Positions 50,936-62,943 of a DNA stretch of 64,000 nt are shown here, one piece after another. Origin of the DNA: Marsupella aquatica (lineage: Eukaryota > Plantae > Marchantiophyta); the NCBI GenBank assembly GCA_973895155.1, contig OZ316894.1:4550944-4614943 (forward strand), in the 5' to 3' direction. The notes beneath the pieces were generated by a model that was given only the letters and a program-made list of their open reading frames with translations, was not told the origin of the DNA and made no database searches. A program made the translations under genes and the position numbers. Position 1 is the stretch's first letter. Each line of letters starts with the position of its first letter.

Positions 50936-52196
50936 TTCGGCCCATAAACGGTGGCACTTCTCACGAGGTTTCACAACCCATTTTAGTTGATGTTGGTTGG
51001 TTCACAAGTTCTGGCGCACAGATTTGATGCCAACTAAAAGGGTGACGACTACAGTTATGCAGTCTCTCGAGCCCCATTTTCGATGGCAGGCACGTCTACA
51101 AATGAAATGCTAAAATTGGTGCTCATGTACCCCATCGTATTGGAATGCGATGAGTCCACTGCCTCCCTTTTTGTTTTGGGGCCCACGGGGAGGATGGGGG
51201 CCCCAACTCCCAAGAGCTCGAGCCTCCAAAATACAAACCTTAGTCTTTGAAACTTGTATCACATTTCTCAAAATTTGAGGTTAATTTTAATAACTTGATA
51301 ATCATAAATTTGAATATTTCTAAGTTTATGAATATGTCAGAGGAGTGCCATCTAAGTGGTAGTGTATTTTTGGCCATTTAAGTTTAATTTTCCATCATAA
51401 AATGGGAGGGGGGAGCTTTATTACATTGATTTTCATTGTGTTAAAATAAAACATTTTAGCTTGTGTTTTCTCATGTCTCCTCCTCGCTAGTTTCCGTTCA
51501 GGTACAAAACTACAGTAATTTATTATCCTAGGACTCGTAATCATCAATTTATGCCCCCAAACTACGTATTATGGACCACCCAAACTCTCATGCATGGACC
51601 ACCCAAGTGTGGTCCATGGGAGCACTGTGTATAACTTGGTGGTCCATCCTGGCTTCAATTCCTAGTAATTTGGGTGACAAAAATAATAGATAGCTAAAGC
51701 AGTAGTAATAATCTGATTTGTGTAAATAATAAAGAATTGAAGACACTGGGCAAAATAATGCCACATCCTAAGAGTGGTGAACAAACAAATATGGGGAAGT
51801 TTCATAAAATGGGCTTATTTTGAAGTCTTCAAACATGACTAGCAGAGATGAAAATGAGAGTACAAACTTCAGGACATGGCTTGTTTACAAATGGTAGATC
51901 TCGGGGTAGAGCTAACCATTGGAAGGTTGAGCTCAGGAATGTGTGAACTCTGCAATTAAAATTTTGAGCACACAAAACAGCTCTTCCATAGCTGCAGCAA
52001 GGTACAGAATAGATGCAAAGTAATCAATACTTTGCTCAAACACACCCAGACTTTGAATTGGCTCAAAAATAATCTGTTTGACTCAATTCATGCTGCCCTT
52101 ATGATTCAGAAACTCAATCCGGGTCCAGTGGTTCTGGTTATGGAACTCTGTAATGAACTGTGGAAGGAAAGAAATGCCCGGGTTCCCAGTTCCTTG

Positions 52197-52362
52197 GAGA
52201 GATATGCTTAGTAGACCCCTTCTGGAAAAAGTTTGCTTAAGCGACCCCCTCCATACTTTTCCCCAATCTGGACCGTTGATGGACCTTTCAATCTCAGATC
52301 TGGACCGTTGATAGACCTCAGGGGGTTGATCAAGTAACAAGTTTCATTTTGGGGGTTGATCC
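52197..52362. mobile_element. Degenerate Mutator-type MITE remnant
   Basis: Left end GAGAGATATGCTTAGTAGACCCC resembles the TIRs at 10206 and 48627. Right side has GGGGTTGATC doublets. No TSD found. Confidence 0.45.
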
Positions 52363-52800
52363 TGAAGAACACCAGCTACCATCTCAAGGCTATGCTGGCA
52401 ATCAGTAAGATGGCCAAGAGGTCCAAACAAATTCAACAAGGAGTGGACGAGCTGGACTTCATCCTTAGGCCATGGGCTGGCTCTGGAGGTGCGTAGTGCG
52501 ATGACATCTAGTTTATGAAGAGCAACAATACGCTGCATGCTCGGCTTGGTGGTGCCAGGGGTGGTACCATTACCCATTTGGGAGGAAGCAGCATAGGAGC
52601 ATTGACAACTATTCCTCCACTGACTTACACATGTGTAGTTACCACGAATACTTTAATAGTGATAATTATTTCTGTAAACGGTAACATTACACCGGTTAAA
52701 TTATAGTCCTTTAGTCTTAGAAGCGTCAGTCAGAAGTTAATCCAGGGTATTTAGGGAGCAGCACGCAAGGACCGGTAGCAGTTCATTGCATCCTGTTAGA

Positions 52801-53409
52801 ATGGCGGAAAGGCTAGAATTAGGGGAGGCGACGATCATCGCGATTAGTGGCCGGACAGGAGTAGAGTTCTGTTATGAAGGTTGTGATGGCTTTCTAGCAG
52901 ATGGCAAGGTCTGTGCCTTAGGCACAAGGGCTCGACAGAAAAGACAAGAGGGGACCGACATGGGAACCCCTATTAGCCGAAATCGAGTAGGGCATAGGTG
53001 TAAACCGCTAGGCGAAGGAGTGCTTATGTTTATGTTCACCATTCGGGTGAAAGAAGGGAGCTGTCGTGTCTGGGATGAGGCCGGGCAACAATTGTTTGGA
53101 ATGAAGGGCGAAGAGTTTCGTCAGCGATTCACGACCAACGGGGCCATTGAGGAATTCTGCAGAAATGTCATGCGGAAGAAGTGGAATCTGGTACTAAGGC
53201 GGGATAACAACCGCGATCAACGGATTGCATGGCGATTAATCACCGCCGGTCAAGTAATCGTCGCCAACAAAGCGACTACCGCTAAGGAAGGGGACGATAA
53301 CCTAAATGTCGTTTCACACTTAGCAGGATTGGCGATCAAAAGTCCGGAAGCTTCCAGTTCAGGCGCCATCAAAGAAGAGAATCAAAGGCGTTGTTGCACA
53401 GTTCAGTAA
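52801..53409 (+). CDS. Accessory ORF (202 aa) resembling the RPA70 C-terminal OB-fold (Rep_fac-A_C-like ssDNA-binding domain)
   Basis: Pattern ATIIAI...CYEGC...VC...RC...FMFTIRVKEGSCRVWDEAGQQLFGMKGEEF...IEEFCRNV.RKKWNLVLR parallels RPA1 DBD-C (ATI.fI...Y.aC...C...RC...y.l.i.D.tg..w...F.e.ae.llG.sa.El). TATTTAG lies ~50 nt upstream of the ATG. Recognised by eye only. Confidence 0.6.
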   Translation: MAERLELGEATIIAISGRTGVEFCYEGCDGFLADGKVCALGTRARQKRQEGTDMGTPISRNRVGHRCKPLGEGVLMFMFTIRVKEGSCRVWDEAGQQLFGMKGEEFRQRFTTNGAIEEFCRNVMRKKWNLVLRRDNNRDQRIAWRLITAGQVIVANKATTAKEGDDNLNVVSHLAGLAIKSPEASSSGAIKEENQRRCCTVQ

Positions 53410-53920
53410 CCACGGGAATCTTTTTGACATGTAAACACGGTTCTTGGCTCGCTCATCGTTCTTGGCAGGAGACAGTTAGAGTTTCTTGGCAGATTAGCGC
53501 AGGAGACCGCGGCTGAAGGGCGAACCGTCCAACTGAAGTCGGCGCGCCCCGGAAAGTAGTTAGAAACCTCAGCAAAGACGGACGCGAGGCATAGGTATTT
53601 AGAGGCTGTGGAGCGCTAGGCGCTCTGTCACCTTTTGCTAGGAGCTTGGTTGAGAGGTAGAGCCGGACTCACCTCAAGATTACCAGCGTTTTGTATTAGT
53701 GTCCCTACTCGTTTTGAGTAGTTTTTGATTATAAAGAGATGTGTATGAATGCAATAGAGTGCAGAGGAACTTCGTTACCTTGTGCTTGAGCGGTGAGTAA
53801 GAGTCCAAAGTCAACGTTGGAAGAATGTTGTGAATCAAGTCAGAAGAAGCAGTAACTTTGAAAGTCATTCGAAGAAGGAGAGGCATTCGTGATTAATACT
53901 GAGAGTCAAGGAGTGCGGTT

Positions 53921-54232
53921 ATGGGAGTTCGCGCGAAGTACTCGTTAGGAACATGTGTTAAGTCGATTAATCGTAAATCGCTGGGATGAATGGAAATCGT
54001 CTCACTACGAGTGAGGACCTTACGGTTTAGCACGTTAAGGCAACGATTTAACAGACAGCTCGTGGGAAGCAAGGTCTGGTTGGAGATTGTGTGTATCCAG
54101 GACGTGACCTTGGTCGTCGTACACCTTCAACATACAGGGTCAACCGTTAAACTGGGGTTCCTACTACGGATACCTCTATTTAAATTGCTTGATTTAGCCA
54201 AAGACAGATCGATTGCCAGGAAGGCCGATTGA
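53921..54232 (+). CDS. Small accessory ORF of unknown function (80 aa from 53990; 103 aa from 53921 if the TGA at 53987 is a decay mutation)
   Basis: ATG 53921 is in frame with ATG 53990, separated by a single TGA. Same strand as gag-pol. Confidence 0.4.
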
Positions 54233-54274
54233 GGGACAGCAAGACCTAACCCGGTCACTGCTACTATAACAACC

Positions 54275-54595
54275 ATGAATGTAGACAGTAAGGCGGACAA
54301 GCCTTGCTCCTTGATTAAGTTAAGACCACTGGAATTGTGGATCTGTTCCATCGGTTCCCACCTGATTACCCGAGCGTTACGCCAGGAGAGTATTCCCATC
54401 TGTTTAATTACTTACCGCTACTGGTGTGGGTTTATCGAGATCATCTACAGGGAGGGTCTGGTGTTGACTGAAGCAGTCGTGCCCAAGAAGTGGAAGGAAG
54501 AGTTAGACATTATAGAGCACTTGGTAGGATTCACTTACGGGGACTATATAGAGGAAGAGGGGAGTACCCCGCTAGAAGGTCGGTTGATCGTTTAA
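54275..54595 (+). CDS. Small accessory ORF, 106 aa, unknown function
   Basis: ACCATGA start context, protein-like composition, co-oriented with gag-pol. Confidence 0.45.
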   Translation: MNVDSKADKPCSLIKLRPLELWICSIGSHLITRALRQESIPICLITYRYWCGFIEIIYREGLVLTEAVVPKKWKEELDIIEHLVGFTYGDYIEEEGSTPLEGRLIV

Positions 54596-54665
54596 GCGGG
54601 AGATACTGCGAAGAAGGCAGTTAGACGTCCGTTAATCGCAAGTCAAACTGGGCGTTTAACATTTT

Positions 54666-54683
54666 TGGCGACCATACTGGGGA
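54666..54683 (+). other. Primer binding site, probably tRNA-Arg type
   Basis: TGGCGACCATACTGGGGA, 4 nt after ...AACA; resembles the Tat/Ogre PBS TGGCGACTCC(A/G)CTGGGGA. Confidence 0.8.
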
Positions 54684-54779
54684 ACGTCTCGTTGAGGGTT
54701 CCGAGAGAGGAGCAACTGTTACGACCAGCAGTCCAAACCAGGAGAGAGAAGAGCAAATCAAGAAGGGCGAACGGGTGAC

Positions 54780-55061
54780 ATGAACTCACCGAAGGAGTTC
54801 TGGACGTTGTTCTATTTCGAGAAAGATGCCGAAGCAGCAATCATAACGACACTGAACGAGAAAGAGCACTCGATACTGGCCAACGGGAGGAGCAATGCAC
54901 GAGAAGGCGATGTTATGATAATCGCTTACACCACGCCCACACACACCGAGTTGGTACTTTGAGAAGCGCATGGCGGAACCTGGAACGTGAGGAGGCGGGC
55001 AATTCATTTGCAATCCTCTGTTCGGAGCAGTGTTTACAACAGCGACCATGCCACCAAGTGA
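54780..55061 (+). CDS. Small accessory ORF between PBS and gag (60 aa; ~93 aa if the TGA at 54960 is a decay mutation)
   Basis: MNSPKEFWTLFYFEKD...TELVL*EAHGGTWNVRRR...HATK*. The extended frame overlaps the next ATG. Confidence 0.4.
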
Positions 55062-55362
55062 TCGATTACCCCAAGGCTACACGCAGTACCGCCTACCCAA
55101 GAGGAAGGAGGACCTTAGAAAGATCTTAGAGTGGTGTCGTTGGAATCGAAATGAGTACCCTGTTGCGATAGCATTCCAGATAGGCAGAATCGCTAGGAAA
55201 TTAAGTTCTAAACTAGAGGAAACCACAGGGGCTTGCCCAGGATGTATGATGTGGAGTCAACATGACAGTTTTGAGTTTTCCATGTTGAAACAGTTATTAA
55301 CAATGTGCTTTAACGAGGAACTCATGGCTCCAGAAGCCTGCACTCCTAGTTTAAGCGAATAG
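55048..55362 (+). CDS. Small accessory ORF, 104 aa, with a CPGC...H...C possible metal site
   Basis: ACCATGC start; MPPSDRLPQGYTQYRLPKRKEDLRKILEWCRW...GACPGCMMWSQH. Lies directly upstream of gag. Confidence 0.45.
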   Translation: MPPSDRLPQGYTQYRLPKRKEDLRKILEWCRWNRNEYPVAIAFQIGRIARKLSSKLEETTGACPGCMMWSQHDSFEFSMLKQLLTMCFNEELMAPEACTPSLSE

Positions 55363-55585
55363 GAGTCATTTCGCAGAGGGCATAGCCGCAGTTAAGTAAA
55401 GGAGAGAGAGAAACTGATTAATAGAGGTCATAAAATTAGTCAAGTAAAGGAGACAGTAGAAGGTCTCCGTTTTTGTGAAAAGTAACGAGTAATAAGAACT
55501 TGATGCCACCTTTGTAAAGAAAAGACCTGATCGTCGAGTATATTGCTTGTAGGCAGAGAAAGGGCTTTGCTACCCCAAAAGATAA

Positions 55586-58500
55586 ATGGGCAAGATGCCC
55601 GTCAATCCCAACGAAGGGGAAATGGCAGGGGAGTTCGAACCTTTCCAAGAAAGCAGACCCAGACTTGAGGCCGAAGAACGAATCGAGAATTCAAGGACTC
55701 AAGATAAGGTCAAAGAAAACCTGGAAGAAGCCATGGAACGACTTAAAATCCACCAAGGAGCTGGCAGTAGTTCAAGATCGGCTCCTACCAGAAGGGTTAA
55801 AATACCCATGTTCAAGGGAGCACCTGATGAAGATGCCGATACCCACTTAGCACGTTTCAAAGAAATGCTCAGAGCTAACCACGAACAGAACGACACAGCC
55901 CAATTAGAGTTGTTTCCCAGCTCGCTGGACAAGGAGGCTTTTGTATGGTACACTCAATACCCAGCTGACCATTTCAAAACTTGGCCTGATTTTTCAAAAG
56001 AATTCTTAGATCATTATAGAAGGGCTAAGGAAGAATCCGATTTGTATAGCATTCTGCAAAACATGACTCAGAAGAAAGGAGAACCAGTACAGAACTATAT
56101 TGGATGGTTAAAGGTAACAATGAGACGATTAACGAATAAACCGTCCGATGGGCAACGAATTAGCTGGATGAGGAAGGCTGTGAAGGGGAGTCTAGTCACA
56201 GTGGTGGAACAAAATCCCACTTCTAATGCTGATGAATACGAGAAAAGATTAATACGGCTAGAGGGCATTACTCAGATGCTTAACCAGGAAAAGAACGAGA
56301 GCAGTAAGGACGAAGAGAGTGTTAACCGGAAAACAGAAACTTCTAAGGTAGAAGCCAAGGAAAACCGAGAGCGAGGCGAGGTTAGTACTCGTAAATTCTG
56401 TGAAATACATATGAGGCCTGGACACACTACTCATGAATGCAACCAATATCCTTTTAAAAAGAAACCTAGCCTAGGTGTAAATCAGGTAGGAACAAGCAAA
56501 CAAGATGGGGATAGGATGGAGAGTAGCTAGGGATATTACAATCCTGATCGTAACGCAAACTGAAGCCCTTATAAGGATGGTGGGGCTAAATACCCACCGA
56601 TTTGCTATTACTGTCGACTAACCGGCCACATCAGGGGCCCCGATTGTGAATTATGGATGAAGCATATGAAAGAAAAGGAAGAAATAGCAGGGAAAGCCCC
56701 AGCACCTATGAACATTGTGCAGGTGTCGACATACGTGGTGACAAGATCTCAGGGGCAGCCAGAGGACTCAACCCCAACCAATCCCACGGAGATTGAGGGA
56801 GGATTCGATTGGAGCCAAATGGACGCAACCACACGAGAAATAGCGGATGAAATTTGCCACAAACAGCAGAACGAGACGCTGCCACGGCCTGAACGATTAA
56901 TGCGTTCAGAACCTTACGCAGAGACGGATACTGAAATTCTAGAGGAGGGAGTGACGATGGGGGGATTCGATCAAGAAACGGGACAACTCCCACGAGACGA
57001 AGAACCACCGAATAACCCTGCCGAAGCGAACCAGCGAATAGTGGATAAGCTAGTGCAACTCATCGCGAAGACCAGAGTCGACATCACTGTCGAGGAACTG
57101 TTCCAATTAGCACCACAATGCAAGGAAGCAGTAATGAGACGGTTGGGAGGCAGAATTAGTCCTACCACACTGCCAGGGGTACCACTGTACCAAGCTGGGA
57201 AGATTCCCCTGATCGACAAAGGAGCCATAGTACAGATCAGCGTAAGGGGCATCAAACTGAAGAACGTATTGCTGGATGGAGGGTCAGCCGTAAACCTCAT
57301 GAGTGAGCAGACCTACAGACTGCTAGGCAGAGTCAAGCGCTTACCGGCCCCTTTTAATCTAGTAATAGCCGATCAAAGCAACTGTCACCCACTGGGTTAC
57401 GTGCCAGACTTATCAATGCTGATTTCAGGCATCAAGTACAATTTAGGAGTGGTAGTTTTGAGAGAAGCAGATTCTACCCGAGGACAACCCATGTTGTTAG
57501 GACGACCTTGGCTAAGACAGGCCAAAGTAAAACAACATTGGGGGGAAGAGAAGGATTATATAAAAATAGAACACAGAGGAGAGACCTTCAAGATCAGGAC
57601 CAAGGCCATCGAAGACGGTGTACCACCTATGGCCAGAGTTTGTACTTTGAACTGGGCAGAGGGGTTGAATGAGGATGAAGAAGAGACCTATTTAAAATGC
57701 CGTCCAGACTTAGTACCAATTTCAGATATGGAAATAGTCAAGCTTGACGAGATGCAAGGAATGACCAGAGAAAAGATGGATCATGATCTACAAAACGATC
57801 TGTTTAAACACATAGACCCGCAAGGCATTCAGGAGTGCTCGTTAAAGGAGGAAGAAGCACAGACCACCTTGCAGGATCTAGCAGAGAAAGTGGTGGGATG
57901 GAGTGCCACCGAGGAAGAGCACATTCAGAAGGTCAATTTGAGTGACACCAAACGATCGTGAGAAGTAAAGATAGGAAAACACCTTTCCCCCGAGCTCAAA
58001 GATGAACTTGTTACATTACTCGCCGAATTCCGAGATGTTTTTGCCTGGGATTACACGGAGTTGAAGGGAGTACCAGAGTCAATTGGCGTACATCGAATCC
58101 GACTCGTACCAGGGTCAGTACCGGTGCAGACGCATGATATAGGATGAACCCCAACTATGCGGAAAAGGTAAAAGAAGAAATCCAAAGGCTCCTTGATGCC
58201 AAATTCATTGAACCCGTTAAGCGTTATACGTGGCTATCTCCGATAGTCGTAGTACCTAAGAAAAATGGGAAGTTGAGAGTCTGCATTGATTTCAGAAAAT
58301 TAAACGCAGCTACCATAAAAGACCCTTTTCCAGTACCATTTCTAGAAGCAGTTCTGGATGTGGTAGCAGGAAAATCAGCTTATTCATTTCTAGATGGGTA
58401 GAGCGGGTACAGTCAGGTCCGGTTAGCAACAGAAGCGAGGGAGCTAACCACTTTCATTACGGAATGGGGCGCTTTCCAGTGTCTCGTATTACCCTTTGGA

Positions 58501-61500
58501 TTATGTAATGGGCCTAGTACATTTCAGCGATTAATGATGATGTTATTTCATGAGTATTTGAATCAGTTTATGCAAATCTTCCTGGATGACTTCACCATAT
58601 ACGGAGAGGAAGAGCAACACATAGGCCACCTCAGATTATGTCTCTTAAGATGTAGGGAAGGGGGAGTCAGCCTGAACCCTGATAAGTGTGCCACCTTCTT
58701 TGTACCATCGGGCAAGATATTAGGACACATAGTTTGTAAACAGGGCTTGTTAGTAGACCCAGATAAGATAAAAATCATTAAAGAGATGCCAGTCCCCAAT
58801 AGTGCAACCCAAGTCAGAAGGTTCCTGGGAAGTGGAGGTTTCTATCGTCGTTACATCAAGAGTTACTCCCAAATCAGTGCCCTGTTGGCACGATTAACGG
58901 GTAACCATCAAACGTTCACTTGGGACGACGACTGTCAGAAAGCGTTTGAAGAAATCAAGGACCGGTTGTGCCATGCACCCATACTCAAGGAACCAGATTG
59001 GAAGAAGGAGTTCCATCTACATACAGATGCCTCTCTGGTGGCGGTGGGAGCGGTGTTGGCACAGAAGGGAGAACAAGGTATCGATTTACCAGTATACAGT
59101 TATGCCAGTAGACTGTTAAACGTGCATGAAAGGAATTACACTACGACCGAGAGAGAAGCGTTAGCCATGATATTTGCCGTAAAGAAATTCAGGCATTATT
59201 TACTCGGTAATCGCTTTGTATTTTATGTAGACCACAATGCCTTAGTCAATTTGGTAAACAAACCGCAGTTGTCAGGCAGAATAGCAAGGTGGATTTTACT
59301 GCTAGCAAAATTCGATTACACCATCATTTATAAACCAGGGAAGACCCATGTTATACCCGATTATCTTAGTAGATTAGAGTCAGGAGAGACCTGTAAGGAA
59401 GGGGATGATCAATTGCCTGATATGGAGTTATTCCAAGGCGATCAAGAGACATACCATGTAAAACTGGTCACCTTAGATGACGAACCGGCGTTAGAAAGGT
59501 ATTTACGCACAGCAAAATACCCCGATGGGTTATCCAGTAAAGAGAGGAAAATCTATGCATACAAGGCGAGGCCCTATACTTTAATCAACCACGTGCTTTA
59601 TTACAAAGGGCCGGATGATATACTACGAAGGGTCATCCCAAAAGAGGAGAAGCAGGAAGCCTTGATCGCGGCACATGAGGGGCTAGGCGGAGGACATTTC
59701 GGCACCGAAATCACCATAAGGAAGATTCTGCAGCAAGGACGCTGGTGGGCAACGATCCATAAGGACACTTGGGAGTTTGTGAAGACTTGCGATTTGTGTC
59801 AGCGAATGGGCCCAATAAAAGAAAACATGGAATTCCGGCCCATAATAGCGCCGCACATCTTCCAGAAATGGGGATTGGACTTCATCGGGCCCATTACCCC
59901 AACTTCCAGGTATAGCCAGAATCAGTATATTTTGGCAGCAACGGAGTACACGACGAAATGGGTAGAGGCAGTCGCAACTCGCGACAACACCGCGCGAGTA
60001 ACGGCTAAGTTCATATATCAAAACATCATTACGAGGTACGGATTACCGGGGGAACTGGTAAGCGATCAGGGGTCGCACTTCATGAACAAGGTCATCCAGG
60101 AGCTAACCGACAACTATCATATCAGTCACCGGTTCTCAACGCCCTACTACCCGCAATGTAACGGACAAGCAGAATCGACGAATAAGATTCTACTCAACGT
60201 TTTACGGAAAGTGATTAACAACCAACAGAACGATTGGGACGTTCAGCTACCCGCCGCAGTATGGGCATTCCGAACGGCGTATAAGGTAACCACGGGCCAC
60301 ACTCCCTTTCAGTTAATGTTTGGAGTAGAAGCTCGTATGCCAATAGATTACGAACTTCCCAGTCTGCAAATCGCCGTCGGGTACGACATTAATCATAATC
60401 CGTCTTTAAGCAAACGATTAAGGACATTACTGGAGGTAACCAAAACCCAAACGAAGGCTGAAGAACGATTAGAATACATACAAGGACAACGCAAACGACG
60501 GATAGACGATCAACGGGATGTCACCACGTTCACTGAAGGAGAATTGGTACTTTGGTGCCGGAAAAGGGCACGCATAAAAAAAGGGAAGTTAAGACTTAAG
60601 TGGGAAGGGCCTTTCACTATACTCAAGGTATGGGGGAATGGAACCTTCGAAATTGCCAGCCAGGACGGCAGCGAGCAGCAGCTGGTGAACGGGAACAAAA
60701 TGAAGACATATCACGTTAGAAACGACGTGTACTTGCGGGAGGTAGAAAGCGCGGTTAACAACTACCTGGATGAAGACGACGGCGGAAATGACCACGATGC
60801 AGTACCAACACGGGCCGAGGATAGCGACCGCTATCAATCGTTAACAGCTACAAGAAACCAGAATCAAGTAGGGTTAGGGGAGTACCAATCATCTCCCAGA
60901 GTCGTGGCTTGTATAAGCGTGGCTCCCTACCCCGCAGCGGCGGAGACCACAGAAGGGGAAGAACTACCGGCGCACACAGGACCGTCCTTGGCTCACCCGG
61001 CCAGGCCAAGTACCACCTCTAACCACTATCGACAACAGCGAAGGGACCGAACAAACGAACAAGTACGGATAGCAGCGATTAAGGGATGTACGCTAGCAGA
61101 TTACGTGAATGAAGTAGTCCCATCAAGCGGACCGTTTAGTTTAGCAAAGACAAGCCAAATCAAATCAATTGTACTAGCAGCAGAAGATCTATCGGAGATA
61201 TTTCAAGTTCATGATTGGAAATACAAACTAACGAAAGGACAGGAAGAAGACCGGGAACGATTTCCGTATAGGGTAGTGATCGTAGGGTGTACTCACGGAA
61301 AATCATCCACCTGGATTGTGGATCGGATACTGATAGGACCTAACTCAATACTGTGCATAGAGAACTACGCCACGGGAAAATTACATGTGCTTCTAAAAGC
61401 TTACGAGACGGGGGAGTCCAAGAATCAAATACCCCTATCAGCGAGGGAGTTGCTAAGATGGAAACCCTATTTGCGGTTGGCGCGGAAGCTACGAGCGACT

Positions 61501-62943
61501 GCAGAGTGGAGCGGCTATCAGCGAGCACTGAGGTTCAAGTGGACAAGAGTGGGGAGAAAATATTACACATTTCCTGTAGGAATGAAGGTAGTAACCCTCA
61601 AGAGAGCAGGCAAATTTGCAGACGAGTACCCCAGGAAACGCACGACGATGGCAGAACTGCTAGAAACGCCAGCCATGGAAGGAACGACGTCATACACAGA
61701 AGAAGAACATGCGGAAGGAATGGAAACAGAGGTGCAAGAAGTCCTCACGGACACGACTATTAACGATCAAGGAGTCGTCGGGAAGCAGCCACCGATCGCC
61801 GATAGTGTAGCAGGGGCGGAGACGGAAATGGGAGAGCAAGAACTCAAAATGGAGCCGGGGTCTGAGCGGCAGGATGTCAAAGCAGAAAAGGAAGTGCCGA
61901 TCAAGGTACCAGAAGCTCAGGTCGAGAGGTCGGAGGTGCTATCAGTGGGGAACGAAGGACCGCAGGTAAAACGAAAATTTACGCTTGCAGATTGGCTGAC
62001 CGAAACCGACCCGGAGGTGGAGATTGCGGCAGTCACAGCAGCCATACTTGAGGAATCGACGCCTCCCGACACGAAGAGAACTCGCCCAAACAAGGTGAAA
62101 TTTATTAACGAGGAACGACCCAAGAGGAGAGCGACCGATTCAGAGAAGAAGAAGGCCAAGATAATCGAACCCGAGGAGGAAAAAGAAGAGAGTAGCTCAG
62201 CCAACGAGGAAGAAGAGCTCGGCAACGAAACAACAGTCCAGAAGAAGAAGTCAGTTGGATCGAGTAGAGCCCGTCCGAGGGAAGTTTTCCATGTGCTTAA
62301 ATTCGAAAGGATGGAGCCCCATATCTTGAAGAACATGAGAGACCCAACTCACCGGAAGTTCTTACGGTCGCAAGGATTAGAGGATTTCGTGAATTCGACG
62401 TGGAGTGTTCCAACTAAGCTACAAGCCGAGGACTACAGCAAATTCATCTCCACGTGGAGGCCCACCGAGAACCAAGGGAGATGCAGGGGGCAAATCATCA
62501 AGACCAACCATCGGACATTGCATGAGTTATTCAGTTTGCCAGAGCGAGGAGCGGAAATTAAGAAGCGGATGGGGAAGACCTGGCAGCCCGCCTCATTTCC
62601 ACAGCACAAGGAGGTAGATGACACACGAGGCTATCAGACCAAACACTGCACTAATGAGAGAATCAAAGAAAGGTTAGAATTCGTTACCCATGCCCTGCAT
62701 TGGAAATGACCTAGGTCAGAGTACCCACGATTCATGATAAAAATCGTGGAAGAAGGGAGTGGTAAGCAAAAGAACTGGTCAGCGTTTTTTTATGAGGGAT
62801 TCCATTCGGCGATTAAGCGAGCTCAGCGATTAATAAGTAGCCAGAGCAGTTTGCCGGTAGAAATCGAATCGCATTTTCAAGTTTTAATAGGAAGTCAACT
62901 AAAGGAAGGAGGTAGCAAGAGAGGAAGTCCAGCAGTAGCATGA
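55586..62943 (+). pseudogene. Gypsy Gag-Pol polyprotein with C-terminal extension, disrupted
   Basis: Gag (KIPMFKG...HLARF, AFVWY, QKKGEPVQNY), knuckles CEIHMRPGHTTHEC and CYYCRLTGHIRGPDC, protease VLLDGGSAVN, RT, RNase H (HTDAS, NYTTTERE), integrase (HEGLGGGH...CDLCQ, WGLDFIGP, SDQGSHF, PQCNGQAE). In-frame stops end at 56530, ~56563, 57961, 58401 and 62709, with a 1-nt frameshift near 58135. Confidence 0.9.

Larger units (their letters stand above)
52634..54661 (+). repeat. Putative 5' LTR (~2 kb) of the gypsy element
   Basis: Ends CGTTTAACA just before the PBS. Candidate starts are TGTAGTTACC (52634) or TGTAAACG (52673, near-inverted to the end). The second LTR is not in the window. Confidence 0.6.

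Noticed and set aside
51520-51690. ATGGACCACC / GTGGTCCAT inverted motifs suggesting a MITE
   Set aside because: Termini and TSD are too degraded to define.
56528-58401. Stops and frameshift in gypsy gag-pol as programmed recoding
   Set aside because: They are multiple and fall inside conserved motifs (e.g. DG*SGY in RT). Most fit single substitutions, so decay is the simpler reading.
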